Positions 1 through 8,367 of a DNA stretch of 64,000 nt are shown one piece after another. Within the stretch, counting starts at the first letter, position 1. Each line of letters starts with the position of its first letter. The notes under the pieces are model-generated. The model made no database searches, was not told the origin of the DNA, and worked only from the letters and a program-made list of their open reading frames with translations. Both the position numbers and the translations under genes were made by a program. The DNA is taken from contig JBAZJY010000001.1 of NCBI GenBank assembly GCA_041651115.1, forward strand, positions 197,165-261,164, read 5' to 3'. The DNA comes from Candidatus Omnitrophota bacterium. Lineage in GTDB: Bacteria; Omnitrophota; Gorgyraeia; Gygaellales; Profunditerraquicolaceae.

Positions 1-725
1 CAGGATTTGACCCGATGCCTGAAGGTTTTAAAACCGTAAAGTTCAATGACCTGGCTGCGGTAAAGGCCGGCCTTACCGCTAAAACAGTCGGCATTATGCT
101 TGAGCTGATCCAGGGCGAGGGCGGGGTTAATGTCGCGCAAAAAGATTTTGTCACCGGCTTACGGAAGCTTTGCGATGAAAATAATCTTTTGCTTATTTTT
201 GATGAAGTGCAGACCGGCATCGGCAGGACGGCAAAGATGTTTTGCTATCAACATTACGGCGTAACTCCGGATATTATGACCCTTGCCAAAGGGTTGGGCG
301 GCGGGCTGCCTATAGGCGCAATGCTGGTTAAAAAAGAGATCGCTGATACCCTTGGCCCGGGCATGCATGCTTCAACTTTTGGCGGCGGCCCGGTAGTAAG
401 CAAGGCGGCGTTGGCAGTGCTGAAAGCCGTGCAAAAAGAGAAGCTGCTGGCAAAAGCCCAAAGGGCCAGTGAATACCTTTTTTTAAAATTAAATGAATTG
501 AAAGCCAAATTCTCGGCGATCAGGGAGATCCGGGGCATAGGCTTAATGGCCGGCCTGGAACTTGGCGTTGAAGGCAAGCCGGTGGTTGATAAATGTATTG
601 AAAAAGGCGTCCTGATCAATTGCACTCACGGCAATGTGATCAGGCTGATGCCTGCTTTGACCGTTACGAAAAAAGAGGTTGATAAGGCTATAGCGGTTTT
701 AGCGCAGGCACTGGAAGGGATTTAA
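1..725 (+). CDS. argD: Acetylornithine aminotransferase (class III PLP aminotransferase), 5'-truncated at the window edge
   Basis: The frame is open from the window start. Motifs LIFDEVQTGIGRTAKMF, TLAKGLGGGLPIGA and HASTFGGGP are typical of ArgD. The stop abuts argF. Confidence 0.8.
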   Translation, partial: GFDPMPEGFKTVKFNDLAAVKAGLTAKTVGIMLELIQGEGGVNVAQKDFVTGLRKLCDENNLLLIFDEVQTGIGRTAKMFCYQHYGVTPDIMTLAKGLGGGLPIGAMLVKKEIADTLGPGMHASTFGGGPVVSKAALAVLKAVQKEKLLAKAQRASEYLFLKLNELKAKFSAIREIRGIGLMAGLELGVEGKPVVDKCIEKGVLINCTHGNVIRLMPALTVTKKEVDKAIAVLAQALEGI

Positions 726-726
726 A

Positions 727-1647
727 ATGCAGAGTGACCTGATTTCTGTCAATGATTTGAATAGCCGGGACATCGGGGAAATCTTTAAGCTGACGGATAA
801 ATTAAAAAAAGATAAAGCCGGTTTTGCTTCGGTATTAAAAGGCAAAACCCTGGCGCTTATTTTTCAAAAACCGTCAAACCGCACGCGGGTTTCTTTTGAA
901 GTGGGGATGTTCCAATTGGGAGGCTATTCCATATACCTGCGGCCGGATGAAATAAACTTAGGCGTGCGGGAATCAATAAAAGACGTTGCTATGACGCTGT
1001 CGCGGTATATTGACGGCATCGTGATCAGGACGTTTGAGCATAAAAATGTCATAGAGCTGGCAAAATATTCGGATAAACCGGTGATCAACGGCTTATCGGA
1101 TTTTTCGCATCCCTGCCAGGCCCTGGCAGATATTTATACGATCAAAGAGAAGCTTAAAAATATGAGGGGAGCAACCCTGGCTTATGTTGGCGACGGCAAT
1201 AACGTATGCAATTCACTGCTTTTTGCCTGCGCTAAGGTAGGTATGAATATAAAGGTGGCCAGCCCAAAAGGCTTTGAGCCTGATCCGGCTGTTTTAAAAG
1301 AGGCGTTGGTTATCGCAGGCCCGTCCGGCTGTAAGATAAAAGTTTCCGATTCTCCCGAGGAAGCTGCGCAGGCAGCGGATGTGATCTACACCGATGTCTG
1401 GACCAGCATGGGCCAGGAGAAAGAAGCAAAAGAACGCAGGGAAATATTTCAGGCGTTCCAGGTGAATAAAAAACTTGTCAGCCTGGCGAAAAAGAACGTT
1501 TTGATCATGCATTGCCTGCCGGCGCACCGGGGCGAGGAAATAACCGATGAAGTGATTGATAGCGCTAATTCGGTTGTCTTTGATCAGGCGGAAAACCGGA
1601 TGCACGTGCAGAAGGCAATATTGATAAAATTGATCGCAGGGAGATGA
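727..1647 (+). CDS. argF: Ornithine carbamoyltransferase
   Basis: 306 aa. SNRTRVSFEVG (carbamoyl-phosphate binding STRTR motif) and HCLPAHRGEE are present. Confidence 0.9.
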   Translation: MQSDLISVNDLNSRDIGEIFKLTDKLKKDKAGFASVLKGKTLALIFQKPSNRTRVSFEVGMFQLGGYSIYLRPDEINLGVRESIKDVAMTLSRYIDGIVIRTFEHKNVIELAKYSDKPVINGLSDFSHPCQALADIYTIKEKLKNMRGATLAYVGDGNNVCNSLLFACAKVGMNIKVASPKGFEPDPAVLKEALVIAGPSGCKIKVSDSPEEAAQAADVIYTDVWTSMGQEKEAKERREIFQAFQVNKKLVSLAKKNVLIMHCLPAHRGEEITDEVIDSANSVVFDQAENRMHVQKAILIKLIAGR

Positions 1648-1651
1648 GCAG

Positions 1652-2047
1652 ATGAAAAAAGCCTTTACGGTGTTTGAGATCCTGATTACTATGGTGATTA
1701 TCAGCGTCCTCGGCACCCTTGCGGTTCCGGCTTTCATGAGGTCAATGGAGATGACCTATGATAATAATGCTAAGGCAGACCTGAAGTTGCTTTCCAGCGC
1801 GGAAAAAACTTATTATATTGATATGAATAGCTATTATGTATCACCATACAATGACAGCCAGCCGCAGGAGCTCATTCTTGACTTGAATAATGTGCTTGGC
1901 CTGGGTTTGCCCGCGGGAGCCAATAGAAAATGGAATTATGAAACGGATACCAGCGGCTGTGTCTGGGCAACCCGCTATGGCGGAGACAGCAGAACTTGGC
2001 ATATGGCTATTGGTGATGCTGACGTCTCTAGCGGGGCATGTTCTTAA
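1652..2047 (+). CDS. Prepilin-type N-terminal cleavage/methylation domain protein (pilin/pseudopilin-like), embedded in the arg operon
   Basis: The N-terminus is MKKAFTVFEILITMVIISVLGTLAVPAF. That is a class III signal-peptide-like motif with Ala at -1 and Glu at +5, followed by a hydrophobic helix. The gene is 131 aa and starts 4 nt after the argF stop. Confidence 0.55.
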   Translation: MKKAFTVFEILITMVIISVLGTLAVPAFMRSMEMTYDNNAKADLKLLSSAEKTYYIDMNSYYVSPYNDSQPQELILDLNNVLGLGLPAGANRKWNYETDTSGCVWATRYGGDSRTWHMAIGDADVSSGACS

Positions 2048-2071
2048 AATATTATGGAGAAATGAAATAAA

Positions 2072-3253
2072 ATGAAAAAAATCGTACTTGCATATTCCGG
2101 AGGGTTAGATACTTCTTGTATTGTCCGATGGCTAAAGGAGCGGGGCTACGATGTGATTTGTTTTGTCGCTGACCTTGGCCAGGGATTAGGCAGGGGCGAA
2201 GACTTGGCAAAAATAGAAGGCCGGGCTTTGGCAGCCGGCGCATCCAAGGTATATATTAAGGATCTGCAGGAAGAATTTGTGCAGGATTTTGTACTTCCGG
2301 CGCTGAAAGCAAACGCGGTATACGAAGGTAAATACCTGTTAGCCACAGCTCTGGGCAGGCCGCTGATCGCCAAATACCTTGTGGATATCGCCCACAAGGA
2401 AAAAGCGCAGGCAGTCGGCCATGGCTGCACCGGAAAAGGCAATGACCAGGTAAGGTTTGAGGTAACTATCGGTATACTTGACCCGAAGCTTGAGATCGTC
2501 GCTCCGGTAAGAGAATGGGAATTCAAATCGCGGGAAGAAGAGATTGAATACGCGAAAATGCATAATATCCCGATTGATGTGACCAAGAAAAAACCCTACA
2601 GTATTGACCGGAATATCTGGGGCATCAGTATTGAGGCAGGAGTATTAGAAAATTTAGAGCAGGAACCGCCCGAGGACGCGTATATGATCACTAAGGGCCA
2701 GAGTCATACCGCGTCTTATCCAAAATACATAGAAATTTATTTTGAAAAAGGCGTGCCGAAAAAAATAGACGGCAAGGTTTATAAATTAAAAACCCTGATC
2801 AGCCATTTGAATGAGATCGGCGGGCTTTATGGTGTGGGCAGGGCAGATATGGTGGAGAACCGGCTGGTAGGGATCAAATCGCGGGAGATCTATGAGGCGC
2901 CGGCAGCAACTATCCTGCATATTGCGCATAAGGAATTGGAGAGCCTGGTATTGGATAGGGAAGTGGCGCATTTTAAAGAGATTATTTCGTTGAAATACTC
3001 GGAGCTGGTTTATTATGGATTGTGGTATTCGTCTTTAAAGGAAGCTTTGGACGGCTTTGTGCGCGCAACGCAAAAACACGTTACCGGAAGCATCAAATTA
3101 AAATTAGCAAAAGGCACTTGCGTTGCCGTAGGCAGAAAGTCAACGCACAGCCTTTATAAAAAAGAGCTTAGCACCTACGGCGCAGAGGACAAATTCAACC
3201 AGAAGCTGGCAGAAGGCTTTATCCGGCTCTGGGGAATGCCGTATCAGAGATAG
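2072..3253 (+). CDS. argG: Argininosuccinate synthase
   Basis: 393 aa. The N-terminal AYSGGLDTS PP-loop and overall ArgG-like sequence are present. Confidence 0.92.
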   Translation: MKKIVLAYSGGLDTSCIVRWLKERGYDVICFVADLGQGLGRGEDLAKIEGRALAAGASKVYIKDLQEEFVQDFVLPALKANAVYEGKYLLATALGRPLIAKYLVDIAHKEKAQAVGHGCTGKGNDQVRFEVTIGILDPKLEIVAPVREWEFKSREEEIEYAKMHNIPIDVTKKKPYSIDRNIWGISIEAGVLENLEQEPPEDAYMITKGQSHTASYPKYIEIYFEKGVPKKIDGKVYKLKTLISHLNEIGGLYGVGRADMVENRLVGIKSREIYEAPAATILHIAHKELESLVLDREVAHFKEIISLKYSELVYYGLWYSSLKEALDGFVRATQKHVTGSIKLKLAKGTCVAVGRKSTHSLYKKELSTYGAEDKFNQKLAEGFIRLWGMPYQR

Positions 3254-3259
3254 GCAGGG

Positions 3260-3307
3260 CGCGGGTCCTGCCTGTCGATTCACCCCGAATCGACAGGCAC
3301 CCGCGCT
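3260..3307 (+). repeat. Long imperfect inverted repeat (about 20 bp stem, loop ACCCC) between argG and argH
   Basis: The sequence reads GCGCGGGTCCTGCCTGTCGATTC-ACCCC-GAATCGACAGGCACCCGCGC. No U-tract follows it. Confidence 0.5.
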
Positions 3308-3351
3308 TAACGGATCTATCTAGATATTTGTTATTAGAGTAAGGAGAAGAA

Positions 3352-4668
3352 ATGGCGAAGAAATTATGGGGCGGGAGATTCGGCAAAAAAACCGATCCGT
3401 TGGTTGAAGAATTCACCAAGTCTATACAGTACGACTATAAGCTTGCCAAGGCTGATATAGCCGGCTCGCTTTTCCATATTCAGGTATTGAAGAAGTGCAC
3501 TTATCTTTCTGCCGGAGAGTTTAACAAGTTGCATAAGGCATTGAAGGATATTTCTCATAGCCTGGATAAAAATACCTTTAAGTTCGACAAGAACAGCGAA
3601 GATATACATACGAACATCCAGAGCATATTAGCGCAAAAAGTAGGGGCATTGGCGTTAAAGTTGCATACTGCAAGATCAAGGAATGACCAGGTAGCGTTTG
3701 CTACTAAGGTTTATTGTAAGCTGGCTATTTCCGGAACGCTGGGCTTGGCCGAAGAATTAACAGAAGCACTGGGGTCTTTAGGAGCAAAAAACGGGCAGGT
3801 CATAATACCAGGTTTTACGCATATGCAGCATGCCCAGCCGGTTTATCTTAAAGATTACTTAGGTGCTTATATCGAGATGCTTGATAGAGACCAGGATCGG
3901 CTGGAATACATCTCCAAAAACATAAAATTAACTTTAGGATCCGGGGCCTTGGCCGGAACGCCGGTAAGAGCCGAGATGTATGAATTTAAAGCCGGCGTGG
4001 AAGCACCGGATAATTCCCTTGATTCGGTCAGCGACCGGGACTTTGTAATCGAGATCATCAGCGCGTTATCGATCTTGGCAATGCACTTATCGCGGATGGC
4101 AGAAGACCTGATTATATGGTCTACGAAAGAATTTGATTTTATAGAGATCGACGAAGCGTTCTGCACCGGTAGTTCGTTAATGCCGCAAAAGAAAAATGCA
4201 GATGTTCTGGAATTAGTGCGGGGTTACGCCGGAAGGTTATACGGAAACCTGGTCAGCGTCTTAACGATGATGAAGGGCCTGCCGCTAACTTATAACCGGG
4301 ATATGCAGCTGGATAAGGAGCCGCTGTTTAATTCCTTTGAAATCGTCAGCAGCGAATTGAAAGTTCTAGCCGGCCTGATCAAAACCCTTAAGTTTAATAA
4401 GGCCAAAATCGCCGAGCATTTAAAAGACGAAGGCTTATACGCAACCGATATTGTCTATTATCTGGTTAATAAGAAGATAGCTTTCAAAGAAGCACATACG
4501 ATTGTTGGAAAATTAGTGAAATATTCTCTTGATAACGGAATAGAGATTAAGGATATGCCGGAACCTCTCTTGAAGAAGTTTTCCGTTAAGTTCGTTAAAA
4601 AAGAAATAGTTAAGCTTTTTGATCCAATAGTTTCAGTAAAGTCTAAAAAATCTATCAAAAGAGGGTAG
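3352..4668 (+). CDS. argH: Argininosuccinate lyase
   Basis: 438 aa. The N-terminus is MAKKLWGGRFGKKTDP. The fumarate-lyase family signature region GSSLMPQKKN is present. Confidence 0.92.
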   Translation: MAKKLWGGRFGKKTDPLVEEFTKSIQYDYKLAKADIAGSLFHIQVLKKCTYLSAGEFNKLHKALKDISHSLDKNTFKFDKNSEDIHTNIQSILAQKVGALALKLHTARSRNDQVAFATKVYCKLAISGTLGLAEELTEALGSLGAKNGQVIIPGFTHMQHAQPVYLKDYLGAYIEMLDRDQDRLEYISKNIKLTLGSGALAGTPVRAEMYEFKAGVEAPDNSLDSVSDRDFVIEIISALSILAMHLSRMAEDLIIWSTKEFDFIEIDEAFCTGSSLMPQKKNADVLELVRGYAGRLYGNLVSVLTMMKGLPLTYNRDMQLDKEPLFNSFEIVSSELKVLAGLIKTLKFNKAKIAEHLKDEGLYATDIVYYLVNKKIAFKEAHTIVGKLVKYSLDNGIEIKDMPEPLLKKFSVKFVKKEIVKLFDPIVSVKSKKSIKRG

Positions 4669-4671
4669 ATC

Positions 4672-5940
4672 ATGCATGATTTTAAATACAAAAATAATCA
4701 TTTATACTGCGAACAGGTAGAAGTTGAGGATCTGGCGCGTAAATACGGCACGCCGCTTTATGTCTATAGCTACCACACGCTAATCGACCACTACATGAAA
4801 CTGCGTAGCGCCTTTGCGCAGGTCTTTCCCTTGATCTGCTATTCGGTAAAAGCGAATTCAAACCTGGCGATCCTTAAAGCCTTGGTAGAAAAAGGCGCTG
4901 GCCTTGATATTGTTTCCGGCGGCGAGCTTTTCCGCGCGCTCAAAGCAGGCTGCCCGCCGCAAAAGATCGTCTATGCCTCGGTCGGCAAAACCGACAAAGA
5001 GATCGCAGAGGCGATCAAAGCCGGGATATTATTCTTTAACGTTGAGTCTTTGCCGGAGCTTGAGAACATTAACCGCATTGCCAAAAAACTAAACAAAGTC
5101 ACCAACGTTGCTATACGCATAAACCCGGACGTTGAGCCGAAAACCCATAAATTCATTACCACGGGAAAGATCACCAATAAATTCGGTATAGACTTAAAAA
5201 CCGCCTATAATATTTTGATCTACCACAGTAATTTTTCCAACATTAATATCTGCGGCCTGCATATCCATATCGGCTCGCAGATCACCGAGGGCAGCTCATT
5301 TGTCGCGGCAATAAAAAAAGTCATCGGCTTCATCAATGAGCTAAAAAAAGAGGGCATTAATATCCGCTATTTGAATATCGGCGGTGGGCTGGGCATTATT
5401 TATGATAATGAATCACCGCAGACTGCGTTTGCCTACGCGAAAAAAGTACTGCCGCTCTTTAAAAAAACCGGGCTCAAAGTAATCATGGAGCCGGGCAGGT
5501 TTATCGTCGGCAATGCCGGCATACTCCTGACAAAGGTCCTTTATGTCAAAAAAACGCCCAAAAAAAGATTTGTTATTGTTGACGCTGGGATGAACGACCT
5601 GATCCGGCCGTCGCTGTACGGAGCGTACCATAAAATCATTCCACTTAAGGTGTCAGGTGTCAGGTGTCAGGTGTCAGGCAAGGTGGATATTGTCGGCCCG
5701 ATCTGCGAAAGCGGCGATTTTTTTGCCAAAGAGCGGATGATGCCGGAAATAAAAGAGGGCGATTACCTGGCAGTGATGAGCGCAGGGGCATACGGCTTTA
5801 GCATGTCTTCCAATTATAACTCGCGCAGGAGAGCCGAAGAAGTGATGGTTTCTTCCTCAAGAGTGGTAGTGATAAGGAAAAGGGAGAACTACGAGGACCT
5901 GGTGCATAACGAAGCGATCCCTATCTTTCCGTTGGGGTAA
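4672..5940 (+). CDS. lysA: Diaminopimelate decarboxylase
   Basis: 422 aa. YSVKANSNLAILK (PLP-lysine motif of Orn/DAP/Arg decarboxylases) and the C-terminal GPICESGD are present. The gene contains an in-frame heptamer repeat insertion. Confidence 0.88.
   Translation: MHDFKYKNNHLYCEQVEVEDLARKYGTPLYVYSYHTLIDHYMKLRSAFAQVFPLICYSVKANSNLAILKALVEKGAGLDIVSGGELFRALKAGCPPQKIVYASVGKTDKEIAEAIKAGILFFNVESLPELENINRIAKKLNKVTNVAIRINPDVEPKTHKFITTGKITNKFGIDLKTAYNILIYHSNFSNINICGLHIHIGSQITEGSSFVAAIKKVIGFINELKKEGINIRYLNIGGGLGIIYDNESPQTAFAYAKKVLPLFKKTGLKVIMEPGRFIVGNAGILLTKVLYVKKTPKKRFVIVDAGMNDLIRPSLYGAYHKIIPLKVSGVRCQVSGKVDIVGPICESGDFFAKERMMPEIKEGDYLAVMSAGAYGFSMSSNYNSRRRAEEVMVSSSRVVVIRKRENYEDLVHNEAIPIFPLG
5649..5678 (+). 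repeat. Tandem heptanucleotide repeat (GGTGTCA)x4 plus GG inside lysA
   Basis: Read directly as aagGGTGTCAGGTGTCAGGTGTCAGGTGTCAGGcaagg. It encodes the VSGVRCQVSG loop. Confidence 0.85.
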
Positions 5941-5947
5941 TGAACTT

Positions 5948-6760
5948 ATGAAAAGCATCAAATTTACAAAAATGGTCGCGGCAGGAAACGATTTTGTGGT
6001 TGTCGCGGCAGCAAAACAAAAGCCTAAGAACTTAAGCGCTTTTGCGAAAAATATCTGCGACAGGAAATTTGGCGCAGGCGCTGACGGCCTGCTGTGGCTG
6101 GAAAGTTCGCGCAAGGCAGACGTGCGCATGCGCATATTCAATGCCGACGGTTCTGAAGCGGAAATGTGCGGTAACGGGGCAAGGTGCGCGGCGCTTTTTA
6201 GGTGCCAGGTGCCAGGTGCCAGGTGTCAGGGAAAAATTCGCCTTGAGACCAAGGCAGGAATAATTGACGCGCGGATCAAGGGCGATAATGTAAAAATAAA
6301 GCTTACTGACCCCAAGGGCATGAGGCTGGATGTTCCGCTTAATGCCGGGGGCAGGCAGATAAAAGTAAATTTCGTCAATACCGGAGTGCCGCATGCCGTA
6401 GTATTTGTCGAGGGCCTGATGAGTATGGATATCCTGCCTTTAGGCAGGCAGCTGCGCTATCACCGGGAATTCTTGCCGGCCGGCACTAATGTTGATTTTG
6501 TTGAGGTCATAGGAAAAGGGGCGATAAAAGTGCGCACCTATGAGCGCGGAGTGGAGGATGAAACTCTTGCCTGCGGCACGGGTTCAGTTGCTGCCGCGTT
6601 GATCTTTGCCGTAAAATCCGGGGCAAGCAATAAGGTTATTGTCAGCACTAAAAGCGGAGAATCCTTAAAGGTTTATTTTGAAAATAATGAATGCGGTTTT
6701 GCGGATGTCTGGCTGGAAGGTAAAAGCAGAAAAGTCTATGGAGGGGAATACTATGTTTAG
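5948..6760 (+). CDS. dapF: Diaminopimelate epimerase
   Basis: 270 aa. MVAAGNDFVVV, CGNGARC (catalytic Cys) and ACGTGS are present. The gene contains an in-frame heptamer repeat insertion. Confidence 0.88.
   Translation: MKSIKFTKMVAAGNDFVVVAAAKQKPKNLSAFAKNICDRKFGAGADGLLWLESSRKADVRMRIFNADGSEAEMCGNGARCAALFRCQVPGARCQGKIRLETKAGIIDARIKGDNVKIKLTDPKGMRLDVPLNAGGRQIKVNFVNTGVPHAVVFVEGLMSMDILPLGRQLRYHREFLPAGTNVDFVEVIGKGAIKVRTYERGVEDETLACGTGSVAAALIFAVKSGASNKVIVSTKSGESLKVYFENNECGFADVWLEGKSRKVYGGEYYV
6201..6230 (+). repeat. Tandem heptanucleotide repeat (GGTGCCA)x3 plus GGTGTCA plus GG inside dapF
   Basis: Read directly as GGTGCCAGGTGCCAGGTGCCAGGTGTCAGG. It encodes RCQVPGARCQ. Confidence 0.85.
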
Positions 6761-7637
6761 CGGTTCGATTGTTGCCATTGTCACGCCTTTTAGCAAGGGT
6801 AAAGTTGATGAAAAAAAACTGCGGGAATTGATCGAATTCCAGATTAAGAACGGCACTTCCGGGATCGTGCCCTGCGGCACTACCGGGGAATCGGCAACGC
6901 TTTCCGTTGAAGAACATGAAAGGGTCATTGAGATCACCATTGAACAGGTGAATAAAAGAGTGGCGGTGATCGCCGGCACAGGGTCTAATTCCACGCAAGA
7001 AGCAGCCGTACTTACGAAACATGCCGCTAAAGCCGGGGCAACTGCTTCGCTGCAGGTTTCTCCTTATTACAACCGGCCTACGCAAAAAGGGCTTTATGAG
7101 CATTTTAAAGCCGTGGCCGAAGCTGTTGATATCCCGATCATACTTTATAATATTGCTTCCCGCACAGGGGTAAACATTGAACCGGATACCATCGCAAAGC
7201 TCGCGCGGGACTGTAAAAATATCGTAGCAGTCAAAGAGGCGTCAGGTAATTTAGAACAGATGTCCCGGATCAAAATGTTATGCGGCGATAAATTTGATTT
7301 GTTGTCCGGAGACGACGGCCTGACCTTGCCGGTACTGGCGATCGGCGGCACAGGTGTTATATCCGTCGTAGCCAATATCGTGCCGAAGGATGTTGCCAGC
7401 CTCGTGGCGGAATTTCTTAAAGGCAATATCCGTAAAGCGCAGGAAATACATTACCGGCTTCTGCCTTTGACCAGGGCCATTTTTATTGAAACCAATCCCA
7501 TACCCGTAAAAACGGCAATGGGGATCCTAGGGATGTGCGAGCCGGGTTTAAGGCTGCCGATGTCGGAGATGCTTCCGGAGAACGTGGAAAAACTAAAAAC
7601 AGCGCTGAAAAACTACGGATTGGGAGGAAACAAATAA
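6753..7637 (+). CDS. dapA: 4-hydroxy-tetrahydrodipicolinate synthase
   Basis: The ATG at 6753 is preceded by a GGAGGGG Shine-Dalgarno sequence. MFSGSIVAIVTPF, TTGES and the DapA fold are present. The start overlaps the dapF end by 8 nt. Confidence 0.85.
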   Translation: MFSGSIVAIVTPFSKGKVDEKKLRELIEFQIKNGTSGIVPCGTTGESATLSVEEHERVIEITIEQVNKRVAVIAGTGSNSTQEAAVLTKHAAKAGATASLQVSPYYNRPTQKGLYEHFKAVAEAVDIPIILYNIASRTGVNIEPDTIAKLARDCKNIVAVKEASGNLEQMSRIKMLCGDKFDLLSGDDGLTLPVLAIGGTGVISVVANIVPKDVASLVAEFLKGNIRKAQEIHYRLLPLTRAIFIETNPIPVKTAMGILGMCEPGLRLPMSEMLPENVEKLKTALKNYGLGGNK

Positions 7638-8350
7638 TGATTAAACTTGGCATTACCGGCGTATGCGGCAGGATGGGCAGGCGCATATTTGAGCTCGCCT
7701 CTTTAGATAAAGACTTTGAGGTTCAGCTGGCATTGGAGAAGAAGGGAACTCCGATGATCGGCAGGGACCTTGGCAAGCTTAAGGTCTCTTCCAACAGCGA
7801 CGGGATGTTCCTGATCGACGTATTAGTTGATTTTACTATTCCGGAAGCAGCCGAAACTAATTTGGATTACGCGGCAAAATATAAAAAAGCCCTGGTATTG
7901 GGGACTACCGGATTAAGCGATACCCAGCTGAAAAAAGTAGAGGAAGTTTCCAACGTTATCCCCGTTGTTTTTTCCCCGAATATGGCAGTAGGGGTAAATG
8001 TTTTGTTTTCGGTGCTGCCGGAGATCGCTAAAAGGCTCGGGCCCGAATACAGCGTGGAAATAATTGAGGCGCACCATAAAGCGAAAAAAGACGCGCCTTC
8101 GGGAACGGCAAAGAAATTCGCCCAGATCCTCGCGGAGGCGACGAAAAAAGAGGTCCCTACGCATGCCGTAAGGCTGGGGGATATTGTGGGTGACCATACG
8201 ATCATTTTCTGCGGCAATTCCGAGCGCATTGAAATAAAACATCAAGCGCATACACGCGATTTGTTCGCGTTGGGAGCCTTAAAAGCGGCAAAGTGGATCT
8301 TCGGAAAGCCGGCGGGGCTGTATTCAATGCAGGATGTGTTGTTGAAATAA
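7637..8350 (+). CDS. dapB: 4-hydroxy-tetrahydrodipicolinate reductase
   Basis: The ATG overlaps the dapA TAA (TAATGA). MIKLGITGVCGRMGRR is a Rossmann motif. EAHHKAKKDAPSGTA is a DapB signature. Confidence 0.85.
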   Translation: MIKLGITGVCGRMGRRIFELASLDKDFEVQLALEKKGTPMIGRDLGKLKVSSNSDGMFLIDVLVDFTIPEAAETNLDYAAKYKKALVLGTTGLSDTQLKKVEEVSNVIPVVFSPNMAVGVNVLFSVLPEIAKRLGPEYSVEIIEAHHKAKKDAPSGTAKKFAQILAEATKKEVPTHAVRLGDIVGDHTIIFCGNSERIEIKHQAHTRDLFALGALKAAKWIFGKPAGLYSMQDVLLK

Positions 8351-8367
8351 TAAGGAGGCTACCGGGC

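Noticed and set aside
1890-2075. 61-aa ORF overlapping the pilin-like gene and the argG start
   Set aside because: It overlaps two better-supported genes in a different frame and has no motifs.
5649-6230. Possibility that the heptamer arrays are a CRISPR-like array
   Set aside because: The units are 7 nt with no spacers. They lie inside two different coding sequences in frame, and there are no cas genes. They are simple tandem micro-repeats, not CRISPR.
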